Made by a program: the position numbers and the translations under genes. A stretch of 64,000 bases of DNA, taken from positions 19,715,360-19,779,359 of the forward strand of contig NC_043019.1 in NCBI RefSeq assembly GCF_006345805.1. The letters are read 5' to 3'. The first letter of the stretch is position 1, and every line of letters begins with the position of its first letter. Below are positions 38,966 through 53,024 of the stretch, one piece after another. The stretch comes from Octopus sinensis. Taxonomy: Eukaryota. Below the pieces are notes generated by a model, which was given only the letters and a program-made list of their open reading frames with translations, had not been told where the DNA came from and made no database searches.

Positions 38966-39821
38966 GTCCACAGGTTACAGGATCCTGTAAACTAGCGGTT
39001 CGGCAAAAGAGGCCGATAGAATAAGTAATACGCTTACAAAGAATAAGTCCTAGGGTCGATTTGTTCAAATAAAACCCGTAAAGGCGGTGCTCCAGCATGG
39101 CCGCAGTTAAATTACTGAAATAAGTAATATATATATATATATATGAAAGCTAGCAGTCCGAAACTTCGAAGTCTCCGTCAAGTCCCCATATAAAAGTATG
39201 AATTCTACCAAGAATATCGGGTAATTCTTTATTTAAGGTTAAACCGTTTTTACACTACTTTAAATCGACCCAAGAAGCATTTTTGCCTTTCTCTCTCTCA
39301 GCAGATACAATTTCTACGCATAACAACATGCGTCAACACACATTTGCATATTCAAACTTATGCGTTTATGGATGTAACAGACTTACATTCACTTCAAAGA
39401 GTACATCTCACCTCGCTGAGGTAAAGCACTTCATTCATGTGTGCGTGCGTGCGTGTGTGTGTGTGCGTGCGTGCGTGTGTATGTGTGTGTGTGCGTGCGT
39501 GCGTGTGTGTGCGCGTGCATATGTTTGTGTGTGTGTGTACAGTTACAAAAACAATATTTTGATAGAGAACGAGATGTTTAATGTTTCACATGTACTTTCA
39601 TATATGTGAATGTACGCGCGTGTGTGTGCGTGTAGAGAGAGAGAGAGAGAGAGAGAGAAAGGGAAGGCGAATCGGGATATAGTTTTACAAGCAGGTAGAC
39701 AAAGACATGGAAATCAGAATATCTGCTACGGATGGAGTGCAGTCGAACATATACATGTATATATGGGTGCGTGCGTGCGTGTGTAAATGCGTGCTCGTGA
39801 GTAAACACACACATATATATA

Positions 39822-40204
<383 letters not shown>

Positions 40205-40226
40205 ACACACACACACACACACACAC

Positions 40227-40306
<80 letters not shown>

Positions 40307-42093
40307 AGTCTGTCTGTCTGTTTCTTGTTATTGTTTAACCCAGCCGTATTGAAAGGTGTTCCAGCTCTGACAATCTCCCTTTTGTCAGTGCGTCCTTTTA
40401 AGACAATAAAACGTGATTTGTTGAAATTTGGCTGCTATTTCTAGCATATCCCTAATTCCGTACAATCGGGTGGGGTCGTGCTACAGAGTCGCGTAGCAGC
40501 TGTGATCCGTTGAACCTAGGTTCAAAGACAGCCCAACTGAATCATCCAGTTTTATTCTATTTTTTTCATTTTTTACTTATAGTGTATCTAGGACAGCACA
40601 ATATCCAGTGTATCCTTCCCTTTTCCTTTTCAAACTCGAGTGACAGACACACAAAACGTGATTTAAATATAGGCATGAATATATATGTATACGATAGTAT
40701 CTTTGTAGAAGATGTTTGACCTTTATTTCTAGCTTGTCGAGCGACCACCTCCAGGGCAACTCGTTGGTTTTTCATGATGATAATAATAATGATGATGATG
40801 ATAGCATTGTTGTGAGTTAAACCCAGATCAATTCTTACAAAAGATAAAGTATTCTTGTTGTTAAAGTCCCATCCCATTTTACATCGAATGTCTGTCTGTC
40901 TTGGACAATGAAGATGTGATTCGAAAGAGATCTGTAATTTGCCTGTTACAGTTTCCAGAAGGCTTTCTGCAACTACATTACATATGCATTCTTCCACTTT
41001 TAGTATGATTTAAGGGAAAGCTAACTTATTTTTAGCAGACCAACCGACTGGCCAAAGGTTTATTCCCTTTCTTCTGTTGGCAAGTGTGTGACTCTGTTGT
41101 TGTCTTCCCTCCAGGTCATTCGTGAACTAGTGACCCCTAACAGTTGGGACAAACCAGGCATGACTATTATGTGTTTATACATGTTCCTATGACTACACTA
41201 TAAAATATGTGAAAGAGAATAGTAATTTTATTTTGACACTGTAAGAATATTTGAAAGGGAAATATCGACTATTATTTCTAGTGTTGAGTCTAGGTTTAGG
41301 GTTCAGGGTTAGATTGCGCCGAAAACGGGTGGTGGTGCGTATTCTTTACCTCCGCCGTAGATTGCCCGAGAGTCAAATATGCACACACAAACAAACGCTG
41401 AAGGAAGATTTCAGAAGATTTACGCAACTACAGAGGTCGTCCAGAACAAGCTACATACACACAAAGAAGCATTCTAAAGAATACATGATGTTGTTTAGCC
41501 CCTGGTAAAGCCTGTTCAACCAGATCTATGATCAAAAGCATTCCAACAATAACAATCCCGTCTTTCTTTTCTTCGTTTTACGGATATGTAGGACTGCATT
41601 ATCAGATACGCCTTTCAGACCTTGGGGTATGGGATTTGAGAGGGATTTTGCTGCCATTTCTAGCGAGACGAACGACCACTTAGATGCGTCACACTGGTTC
41701 ATTTTAATGTGTTGTCGCTGTCGTCGTTGGCCTTCATTGAGTAGACTTCAAAATCCAAAGTATTTCAGTGGTAACCTTGTTTTTCTATGCACAGTGAACC
41801 AAATTACATAATCCAATGTGTCCTTCGATTATTTTAAGGCAGCCGGGTACGATTTAAAGAAGGTTTGGTTGTTTTTTCGAGCTAGTCGAGTGAACGACGT
41901 AAGGGCTTTCCTCTTCACTCACTTTAATACGTTTGTTATTGTGGTTGTTGTGAGTTTAATTCCAGGTTATGGTCAAAAGCAATCATTCCCTGACCATACT
42001 GCCTTTACAGGTACAGTTCATCCTACACTTTGGTTATCTTATTTCTGTTGAAATAATTCTGAAAGTAATGAAATTAGTAAAACAAGAGCGCAA

Positions 42094-42990
42094 ACCTCCG
42101 CCAAGGCAGCACCAGTGTCCTCTCAACAATTAGCCAGAGATGATTTTTTTAAAATGAGAATATCTGAAATAAACTCGACTGCTCTCACAAACGAGAATAC
42201 TAAAAATGAACCCGACCGATCTCAAAAATTAAGTAAAAGAACCAGAAAAATAATCCAGAATCTTTGTCTCGTACCTGATCGATCCCAGTGGTAGCCATGG
42301 GATGTGAAGGTGGTTGTAGAAAATTTGGTAACAGTAATAAATAGTTTATCCTTATCTAATACAAGCCAAAGTTAACAAATTCACCATTCTAAATAGTTTC
42401 AAAAGCGGATGTAATAATAAGTTTTACTCAGGAATTTTGAAATGAATAGCATGAGACTTTTTGGTTTCTTCTTCTCTTAAATTCCGGCCTTTCTTGAGTA
42501 TTCCTGTCGTTTTAGATCGATGTATATACGTAAGTATATGTATGTATATAAGTAAAGTGTTTATGTGTATGTATAATATATTTAATATATACAACATTAT
42601 AAAAATATGTTAGGGTTTCTGAACGGTTTTGCTGCCGTTTGTTTATGTAGTTTGAATTCTTTATCCACCAGTTTCTACTAAGATAGAGACGCGAATAGAA
42701 TTAATAATAAAGAGACGAAAATAAAACTTTGGAAACAGCCTCAAGAGAGGTAAATTGAGAAAACTTTGAACTTTGATGTAAGATCGTAATCATGAAAGTA
42801 AAGTAAATATAAGAAATAATCCAGAATCCTTGTCCGGTTCCAGATTGATCCCAAAATCTAATCAGTTTGTGCCAGTCACGAGGCCGAACATCTCTGAAAG
42901 TTTCATTCGAATCCATCCAGCGGTTCTTGAGGTGTCCACGGACAAACAAACAAACACGACTGAAAATAAGGCTTGAGACGGCGGAGGTAA
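42094..42990 (+). mobile_element. Helentron-associated (HINE/DINE-1-like) non-autonomous element
   Basis: Subterminal inverted repeats ACCTCCGCC (42094-42102) and GGCGGAGGT (42980-42988), an (ACAA)n tract before the 3' end, and an internal repeat of AATCCAGAATC.TTGTC. The family label is from resemblance. Confidence 0.5.
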
Positions 42991-43865
42991 TAAGTTTGCC
43001 ATTATTAAGCTAGTGTTTGGAAGATAAACGTGAAATTGTGGTAGGTTTTAATTTGAATCACTTGAAAACAAGAAGCTTGGGTCATAAGAGCAGGAATAAT
43101 CTTAAGCTTCTCTGTTTTTGAAAGAAAACGATTTGTGAGAGAGAGAAAAAGAGAGAGAGAGAAAAAGAGAAAGAGAGAGTGATAAAGAGAGAGAATGTGT
43201 GCGTGTGTGTTTGCGTGTGTCAGACAGAAGGATGTAACTGCAATATAATCGCCTAAAAGTCTCCTTAAGAGTGTTTGGGACATATGCAGTCGTTTTCTTT
43301 TCTTATCATTCTATAGGTTAGGGTGAGTTTCGAATGAGCGAATTGTGAGTGAGACATGATAACAAAGACATGAATAACATCAATAATCCAGCGCGTGTGG
43401 AGGAGAAATGTTCAGTAAACAATGTTTGTCGGAACGATTCCCCTTGAAGAAAATCATCGCATTTTCTTTTTGAAATTAATCACATCGCACCTTCCAAAAA
43501 AGTAAATTCTGTATGTATACATATACACGAATATATATAAAAACAATGTGGACGCAAATTCTATCACACACACACACACACACATATATATGCTCCATAT
43601 CCATTACATAAAATGACGGGTGTATATAAACATGTCTGCAAATAAATGGTAATGTCACGGTAGCCTCTTGGCGGTCGGTCGCACGTTCGTTCAACTTGGC
43701 ACTTTGCAATCTCCCTCGTATCATGTTATATCCTACCATGTTTGAAGGTGGAAGAAACATTGAATAATGCTCTCCCAGATACACTTATACATACTTGAAT
43801 AAAAAGTGAAAAACAAAAAAAAATAAACAGAAACAAACATTCAGCGATCACAGTTCGACAGATGT

Positions 43866-43901
<36 letters not shown>

Positions 43902-43999
43902 GTGTAAAGGATACATTTACCTTGTCGTAAGTGCTTCCCAACTTCTCTTTTTTGTCACAGGAGACGAACAACTACTTCCACAGCAAAACAAGCTACTGT

Positions 44000-44296
44000 C
44001 GCCGCCGCCGCCGCCCAACGTCGCTGCCACCGCCCACCGCCGCCGCCGCCACCACCGCTGTCACCGCCCACCGCCGACGCCGCCACCGCCGCTGTCACCG
44101 CTGCCGACGCCGCCACCACCGCTGTCACCGCCCACCGCCGACGCCGCCACCACCGCTGTCACCGCCCACCGCCGACGCCGCCACCACCGCTGTCACCGCC
44201 CACCGCCGACGCCGCCACCACCGCTGTCACCGCCCACCGCCGACGCCGCCACCACCGCTGCCACCGCCCACCGCCGACGCCGCCACCGCCGCCGCT
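44000..44296. repeat. GC-rich 34-bp minisatellite, about 8 units
   Basis: Unit CACCGCTGTCACCGCCCACCGCCGACGCCGCCAC; the same phase recurs at 44161 and 44195. Confidence 0.9.
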
Positions 44297-44654
44297 ACTA
44301 ACTGCTGCTGCTGATGATTTATTTCACGCTTAATTGAGGTTAACTTTTTCTGCTGCCTTTTTTCCTTTTCAATCTTTCTAGTAGTAGTAGTAGTAGTGGT
44401 AGTAGTGGCAGTGGAGCTGATGTTAATGATGATGATGAAGATGGTGGTGGTGTTGGTGATGATAACAGGGGTAGCGGCGGCGGCGGTGGTGGTGGCGGTG
44501 AATGGGTGGAAACTTGAGAATACTTTTTTGCTGTCATCATGGCAATTACAATGATGACGACGTTGTTGTTGATGATGATGATGATGATGATGATGTCGTC
44601 GAAGTTACCAGAGTTTCTCTTGTTCCAACTTGGACTTCCATCGCTTTTGTTGTT

Positions 44655-44906
44655 GGTTATCTTTTACTTATTCTCTTCGTCATCTTTTACTTGTTATTGG
44701 ATTGCAGCAGCTATGCTGCAAAATACTTGGAAGGGTTTAGACGACCCCCACTACTTATTTTTAAGTCTAGTACTAATTGTACCAGTACCTTTTGCCGGAT
44801 TTCTAAAGTACAGGGACGTAAACAAACCAACAACGGTTATCAAGCTGTTGTAAGGTGTGGGGGGGCAAATACAAATACACACACGCACACACACACACAC
44901 ATCTTG

Positions 44907-44946
<40 letters not shown>

Positions 44947-45000
44947 ACGGGCTTCCGCACAATTTCCGTCTGCCAAATCCATTCCCAAGGCATTGTTCAG
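44655..45000 (-). mobile_element. SINE family 1, degenerate minus-strand copy
   Basis: GACGGGCTTC at ~44947 plus the reverse complement of gtttacgtccc...aataagta...ggggtcg...gcagcat. Further partial copies are at 38985-39123 (+), 45772-45925 (-), ~46615-46665 (-) and 57295-57572 (+). Confidence 0.65.
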
Positions 45001-45463
45001 TCGTTTAAATCTCAAAACGTTGAGATTTAAGAAAAGGATCTTGTCCTCCTCCGACATTCTAACAATTCTGCCGAACCACTGCCCTGGTTTGGTACTTTGT
45101 CAACCTCAAAAGGTTGGAAAGTTGCCCTCAGTAGATTAAGAACGTATTTCAAGGTATATCTCTGCTAATTCGCTGCTGCCCATGACTAAATGCAACACAC
45201 AGCACACCTAAAGAAAACTAATCTTGAATTCTTGTTGCAGTGCGGCCCACTTGGTAATGAGTTTCCTCTTATTCTGTTTAGTCCTGTCCTGTTTAGGAGG
45301 AGACATATGGGATGCAGAGTCACTGAAAAAGTCACAGGATGTGTGGCGAAAGATTTCCAGGCAAAGGGCATAATATAAGAACAATAGTAAATCCGAAGTG
45401 AAGAACGAATGTATAATACGTGTATTTATTTGGCGAACAAAACAAAAATGACTCTATCAAAAT

Positions 45464-45700
45464 ATATCATATATACGACATATATCATATATACGACATA
45501 TATCATATATACGACATATATCATATATACGACATATATCATATATACGACATATATCATATATACGACATATATCATATATACGACATATATCATATAT
45601 ACGACATATATCATATATACGACATATATCATATATACGACATATATCATATATACGACATATATCATATATACGACATATATCATATATACGACATATA
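45464..45700. repeat. Perfect 18-bp tandem repeat x13
   Basis: Unit ATCATATATACGACATAT, translated as IIYTTY x13. Confidence 0.95.
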
Positions 45701-45933
45701 CCACGTCGTCGCGGTGTTGTTTTTTCTTGCTTGTTCTTGTTTGGATTAAATATATCATTATAGACACGTGTATGTATTCTTTCATTCTTTTGCTTGCTTC
45801 AGTCATTTGACTGTGGCCATGCTGGAGCACCAATTTGAGAGGTTTTAATAGAACAAATCGACCTCAGGACTTATTCTTTGTAAGCCGAGTACTTATTCTA
45901 TCAATCTCTTTGCTGAACCGCTAACATAGACAC

Positions 45934-45969
<36 letters not shown>

Positions 45970-46399
45970 CACACACACACAAATTTGTGACCTGATGTTA
46001 TATATATATATATATATATAAATTTTGCCTGTACGGTTTTTTGCTTGCAGCCACTAATATTATTGTCTCTTAAGGGAATAATGTTCTTTATATAATTATA
46101 AATGAATTCACTTTGTTCGTTTTTTCAATGTAGTTGGGGCCCTCAAACGAACACAGGCATTGTTGAAGTGTTGTTACGAGTAGATCTGGCTGAAGAAACT
46201 TGAGTGCTTTTGGCGCAAATTTCGAAATCCTGATTGCAGGTTAACTGGAATTCCTGCTTGCAATCTTGTAAGACACAATCCTTATTTACTTCAACCATGT
46301 CTGTGAAAATTTAGTGTTAATTCTTGTGGCTTCCGAATGTTTTTAACTCCTATTTTTAGCTAAGTTGGTGCTTTTTAGTGCCCTGATATTATATATATA

Positions 46400-46448
<49 letters not shown>

Positions 46449-46476
46449 ACTTTTCCCAAACGGTTCTATGTTTGCA

Positions 46477-46589
<113 letters not shown>

Positions 46590-46659
46590 TATACATACAT
46601 ATATACGTTTATACACAACGAGCTTCTTTCAATTTCCGTTTGCCAAATCCGCTCACAAG

Positions 46660-47715
46660 AGAGCTGTAGTCCAGACGGCTGGGAATAAATGTCCTCCATA
46701 GGATCAACATAGTTTCTTGGTGCCTTGTTCTGAAGGTCCTCAGAATCCATCCGGCCATTCGCCTGCATACTGCCACCGTCTTGGTGATAATCATTTGACA
46801 CTAGGCATCATTACTCATATCAATCCCAAGATCACGCACTGTATATGATTCTAGGATTGCCGCTCCTTTTGGTCCAAAGTATCGTTGTTGTGACTTCTGA
46901 GCACCAATTAGCTGGTAACGAGGGCTTGGGATTTTCCTGCATTAAATTGCATTAAATTGCTCAGCCCGTTTATATATGGCATCTCGGTCTTTCTGTAGAA
47001 GATTAGCGTCAGAAGGCTCCTTGTACAACTTTTGTGTCATCAGCATAGCTAGTAATTGTGGCTGTCTGTGTAACTGATGGCATGTCAGAAAGAGCCACCA
47101 TGAACAGCAGCGGCCCCAGTACAGTTCCTTGAGGCACTCCAGTTTTTATTAATTACTCCGTGGAGAGGGTTCCGTTGGCTGCTACAGCCTGGCTTCTGTC
47201 TTTTAATAAGTCATGCAACCACTTTCCGAATTTTCCGGTTATACCAAGTCCCCGTAGTTTGTGACATATCATCCCATGATCAACCTTATCAAAGGCCTTT
47301 ACAAAGTCGAGATATATCACATCCACGTTTGAGCGTTGCATTCATTGTTTCAACACCCAGTCATAGTGCTGCAAAAGCTGTGTAAGGCAGCTTCTTCCTC
47401 AGCGACAGCCATTGTGGCTGTCAGGAAGCAAGTCATTATCTTCAGGGAACGCAATTACTTTCTTCCTGAGATTGCGCTCCGTGATTTTACTGACATGAGT
47501 GGTTAGAGAGACAGGTCTATAATTCTTAGCATCTGCTCTGCTACCTCCCTTATGAATAGGGCATATTATGCCTTCCTTTAGCTTTTTGGGAAGCCTCCCA
47601 GTTGTGAGGAAGCTCTGGAAGAGAATCTGAAGCGGTCTTGCTAGAATCTCTTTGCATTTCTTTCGGAGGACTGCTGGGAATCTATCAGGGCCTATGGCTG
47701 AGTTTGAGCTCATTT
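46660..47715 (-). mobile_element. CR1-like LINE RT region, degraded
   Basis: NSAIGPDRFPA..C, NYRPVSLT, VDVIYLDF.KAFDKVDHG, GVPQGTVLGPLLF, YADDTK and WILRTF..R..ML.LW..SRLDY. Confidence 0.88.
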
Positions 47716-47991
47716 CATCATGATGTCACATCATGTATGTATGTATGTATGTATGTATGTATGTATGTATGTATTATGTATGTATGTATGTATGTATGTA
47801 TGTATGTATGTATGTATGTATGTATGTATGTATATATATATATATATACTCAAGATTAATCAGCCGAAATTGCGAAGATGATCTGGTTCTTGACTGATGA
47901 CTGAGAGCTTCGAAAGTCCCGTCTGTGTGTTTTTTTGCCGTCTTCAAAATGTTTCACGTTCTTGTCCCAGTTTGTGTTTTTTTAACGTTTA

Positions 47992-48039
<48 letters not shown>

Positions 48040-48074
48040 ATATATACGTGTGTGTGTGTGTATGTCTGTGTTTG

Positions 48075-50685
48075 CGTGTGTAAAGCAACTTGACGTGGTA
48101 ATATTTACATCAGACCACCCACCCGATGTCCCACACTTCCACGGCAAGTTTAAGGAACGCCTTACAAAGATAAAATAATTACTCGCAAACCTAGACCAAT
48201 GCCTTAATGTACTTCTGATGTGTGACTTCCCCAACATTAGATGGCTCGAATGTGTCATAATCTCAGGACTGACACGAAAAGAATGCAAGCGGGCAGAATC
48301 TCTGGTAGATCTCACGAAAATTATGGAGCAGACCCTACTTTACCCAACCAGAAATAACAACATCCTGGATCTCTGCATCCGTCTACCCACTCAGACCATA
48401 ACATGATAGAGCTGTCAATATATGGTCCAAAGCTAATTAAAGAATCATCCAACACTGCTGGATTCCAAACGCTTGCCAACCTGAAATTCTACATGGAAGT
48501 CCATCAACAAGGAGATACTCCAGCAAAACTGGTTTAAAAGTCTGTCCGTGCAAGATACTGACATGAAATTCAATGAATTCATGTCAATAATGCGAGCCAT
48601 ATGCATTAAGTTTGCCCCAGAGAAGAAAGCCACCATGCATAAGAACATTATTGCCCGAGATAGAAAAATCCTAATGAGACGGAGGATAAAGATCTCAAAA
48701 CGCTAAAATAAGGAGCCTAATGACAGCAAAAAGCCCTACCTCAATGTGGCGCTCTTAGAGACTGGGAATAAAATCAAACTCTCCCATGAAAAAGAAAGGG
48801 TAAACAGGGAAGCCAGGGCGGTGGAAAATATAAAAAGCATCCCTAAGTTCAGTGCGATACAGGATAGGGCCACTGTTTGATAAGAAGAGTTCACTGACTG
48901 CAGACCCCAAGAGAATAAGTGAAGCACTCAATCAACAATTCCAAAGTGTTTTCACTTCCCCACTAGAAAACATGAAAATAAACAGACCTGACGAGTTCTT
49001 CAACACCTCTAACCTACAAGAAAAAAAGGCGACCATCATATTGACATTACAAAAGAGGATGTGTTGTCGGCCATTGACGAGATAAACCCAAACTCTGCAA
49101 CAGGCCCCGATGGACTCCCAGCAATTCTGTTAAAAACATGCAAGAAAGCTCTTGCAAAACCACTGCAAATACCTTTCCAGAGTTCCCTTGAATGCGGTAC
49201 ATTTCCTTAAACGTTAAAAGAAGGAATAATCTTCCCTGTTCACAAAGGAGGAAGCAGATTAGATGCTATAAACTACAGACCTATCTCTCTGACCTCACAT
49301 GTCAGCAAGATCATGGAATGCATTATCAGAAAAAGACTGACCACGTTCCTAGATGAAAATGACTTGCTTATGGACACGCAAAATGGTTTCTGTCCCGGAA
49401 GGAGCTGCCTGATACAGCTACCACAGCACTTCGACTGGGTACTAAAACAACAGCTCAACCATTCAAATGTGGATGTGATATATCTCGACAAAGTCAATCA
49501 TTGATGATATGTTACAAATTGCATGACCTTGGTATCGCTGGTAGACTGGGAGAGTGGAAGCATGATTTTCTAAGGGGTAGAAAGTCAGGCTGTCATAGCA
49601 AATGATGCTCTCTCTGAAGTGACACCAATCCTCAGTGGAGTCTTCCAGGGAATAGTGCTGGGTCCGCTACTGTTTGTGGTTGCTCTCTCGGACATGTCCT
49701 CAGCCACAGAGTCATCCACAATCACCAGCTACGCCGATGATACAAAAGTATCGCAGGCAGTCAAGGATCTTATTGAGATCTTAAGACTGCAGAATGCCCT
49801 GAATGTAATATATAAATGGGCTAGTGAGTATAATATGCAGTTCAATGGCGCAAAATTTCAAGCACTCCGTATCAGCCCACAAACTACAGCTGAAGTACAC
49901 GGAACCAGCAGGCAATGTAAGTAATCCCAGAGTTGGAGTCGGTGCATGACCTAGGAATCTACATGAGCAACGATGCAACTTTTCATATGCACATTGCTCA
50001 GATGGCAACACTATGCAGGCGGGTGGCAGGTTGGATCCTTAGATCCTTCAGGACCAGGAACAGAGTCACAATGCTTCTGCTTTAGAGAACTTTTGTCCCC
50101 AGTCGTCTGGACTACTGCTCCCAACTGTGGTCCCCGCAGAGTGTAAAACTAATTGCAGAACTAGAAGCGATCCAACGCCACTTTACAAAGAAGATAGACT
50201 CAGTAAAACACATGGGCTGCTGGAAGAGATTGAAGGAAATGGGACTCAACTCCCTCGAGAGGCGACGTGAGAGATATCCAGTGCTATGCGTGTGGAAATT
50301 AATGGAGGATCTGACTCCGAATTTCGGAATGGAAATCTACAACAATCTCCGAACTGGACGGCACTGCACAATACCAAAGGTCCTATTTTCTCCATCAGAG
50401 ATACGAACCCAATATTACAATAGCTTGGGATTCACAGGACCACAACTTTTTAATGCCCTACCATAGAACATCAGTCATCTGCAAGGTGTAGACATGGATG
50501 CATTCAAAAACATCTAGACAACTTTTTATCTGCAATTTCGGAAGAACCCACATCTCGGCAGGAGGCACAAAGAAGAGCGGCAACGTCCACCTCGTTACCA
50601 GAAACAATACTGGAAAAATCTTCGGATGCAGTAAAGGCAGTGCACCACCATGGCCTCAGCATCTGGCTGAAGCCCATAAAAGATT
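48075..50685 (+). mobile_element. CR1-like LINE ORF2 remnant (APE C-terminus + RT + C-terminal domain)
   Basis: CDFPNIRW and PTRNNNILDL (APE), GPDG.PAIL, NYRPISLTS, SGVFQGIVLGPLLF, YADDTK and LERRRERY. Many stops and frameshifts. Confidence 0.88.
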
Positions 50686-51164
50686 AAACATATGTATACA
50701 TACATACATTTACATACATGTATATGTACACTCTTGTCCCCCCCACCTCCCCCACAACATCACACCACACTACACTACACCATACATTACACATCACATC
50801 ACAACACACCACCCACAGCACACCGCCCACACACCCATCCCCACACATTTACACCTACACATATCACATCGCAACACACCACTCACACACCCATCCCCAT
50901 ATCTCCACACCCACACATACATACACACACACGTCCAGACCACCAGCCCTCTTTCACACGCACATACATACTCTCTTATACACACACGCACCTTTGTGTT
51001 GGGGCTACCTTCGTTTTGGAAGTCACTTGACCCTGTTATCTCCCCTACTGTCCCTCTAGCGTCTAACGTCTGACCTCTGACCTCTGCCTGAACTCAGAAC
51101 GCCATGATAGATCGTTAGCTCCTACACGCATTTTTTTCTCTCCTTGTTTTTTTTTTTCTGTGTA

Positions 51165-51202
51165 TCTTTCTGTTGAAGAGCGTAGGCTCGAAACGTAAAA
51201 GA
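51165..51202 (+). ncRNA. Minimal type I HHR-like motif (core variant CTGTTGA)
   Basis: TCTTT CTGTTGA A GAGC GTAG GCTC GAAAC GTA AAAGA: stem I 5 bp, stem II 4 bp, loop-less ACGT stem III. Confidence 0.65.
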
Positions 51203-51407
51203 CTTGTTCTATTTCTATTCCTGAGCGCCATACTAATACATTTGTTTGTTTGTACTCCACCTGCCTTCGTCTTTTGTTTATTTGCGTAAACCTTCCCGTT
51301 ATATATATACATATATATATATAAGGTTTTCAAAATGTGACCTCGTGTGTACCGTTGGCGATTTTTTTTCCTCTGTCTTCCCTTCTCTGGATCTTTCCTC
51401 CTCCTAT

Positions 51408-51442
51408 GTTTCCGACGAAGAGCTCCGCTCGAAACGTTAAAC
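51408..51442 (+). ncRNA. Minimal type I HHR-like motif (core variant CCGACGA)
   Basis: GTTT CCGACGA A GAGC TCC GCTC GAAAC GTT AAAC: stem I 4 bp, the same stem II as the 51165 motif, ACGT stem III. Confidence 0.65.
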
Positions 51443-51989
51443 CCTCCTTCTTCCCTTCCTTCCTGAGCGTCCAATAATACTATATTTGTTCCACGTCCTC
51501 ACGTTGTTGTGTTTTATCTTTGTGTTTTCATGTTTGAATTAACTGTATATATATATATATATAATATGGGGGTTTAGTTCACAGGTGATCTAAACGACTA
51601 GGTACACTAGGTAAAGTGCTGTAACGGATTACTAGGGTCCCAAGGTTATAGCCCCGAGACGGTAGTTATGGAGCCATTGCAGATTTCTGAAATGGTGGAT
51701 ATAGAATTGTTTAAGAGGACAACAAACGTTAAAGCAACGCAAGCAGTTCAAGTCATATACACTATTATTATCGGGGGGGGGGGGGCGTGTATTACAGCTG
51801 TTTCTATCAGGACTTTGACCCACGTGAATTTACGCAGGATTGCACCTGACTTAATTCTACAAGATCGGAAAGTCGAACTGTGAACTTTTATGCTTCTTTT
51901 TCCTTCTCTTTCTTCATCTCCTTATCCCTTTATTCCTGTCCCCTATGTCATCATTCCATTACTCTATACCCTTCTCAATCTCTCTATTT

Positions 51990-52045
51990 GTCTCCGATGA
52001 GGGAATATCCCACACTCTGGGATATCACAGAAACAGCCGTAACAC
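51990..52045 (+). ncRNA. Decayed HHR-like motif
   Basis: CCGATGA, hairpin ATATCCC/GGGATAT, GAAAC AGCC GTA. Stem I pairing is broken. Confidence 0.4.
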
Positions 52046-52101
52046 TTTGAATATTTTCCAATAATAATAATAATATATATGACTTGAGATATTTGCCTTG
52101 C

Positions 52102-52138
<37 letters not shown>

Positions 52139-52810
52139 GCACAGACACACATACACACACACCCGTGTGTGTATGCATTCATTCCTACATACATCATACG
52201 CAACAGATTACAAATGATAAAGCGGGGCAGGGATATGTCGGCAAGAAAAGAGAGAAACCATTTCATCCTGTGTCTGTGGGCTGGAACGACATTGATAACA
52301 TTAACAACAATAGCAAAGCAAAAGGATTGCCCTCAGTAGAACCCTCTTTTGGCACCACAACCATCACCACATATATTCTCACTACTGTCACCACTATCAC
52401 CACTACCACGACTACCTCAACTATAATCAATACCACTACAATCACCACCAGCACCACAACGCAAACAGTAACAACAACAACAAGCTTGAATTCTCAACTG
52501 CGTCAATGATAAATACACTGACAATTAAGAGCGGAAAAACAACGACATTAACAAAACACGCAACAAGTGAGGAGGAGATGGGAGGGCGCTGTAGTCTTCC
52601 GGTTTTGTTTTATTTTTGTATGCAACGTTGGTTGAGGAAAACATGTTAAATATTGACAAACACACACACACACTTACAAAGCACACTTACACGTGCTCGC
52701 ATACACACTTATTCACACACAAACTAATACATTCGCAAACATACTTACACACTCATTCAGACTTAGGAATTCTCGCACTAATACACATACACACACAAAT
52801 ATATATATAT

Positions 52811-52883
<73 letters not shown>

Positions 52884-52980
52884 CATACATACGTACGTAC
52901 GTACATACATACATACATACATACATACATACATACATACTACATACATACATACATACATACATACATACATACATACA

Positions 52981-53016
<36 letters not shown>

Positions 53017-53024
53017 TATATATA

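Noticed and set aside
43870-44314. Pro-rich and Arg/His-rich ORFs
   Set aside because: They are products of a 34-bp minisatellite cycling through reading frames.
44502-45008. ORFs of 168 and 104 aa
   Set aside because: They span a (GAT)n tract and an antisense SINE copy.
45464-45700. Regular repeat array as a possible CRISPR
   Set aside because: There are no spacers and no cas genes, and the context is eukaryotic. It is a plain tandem repeat.
47894-47918. CTGATGA...GAAAGTC HHR-like string
   Set aside because: There is no adjacent stem II or stem III pairing consistent with the core.
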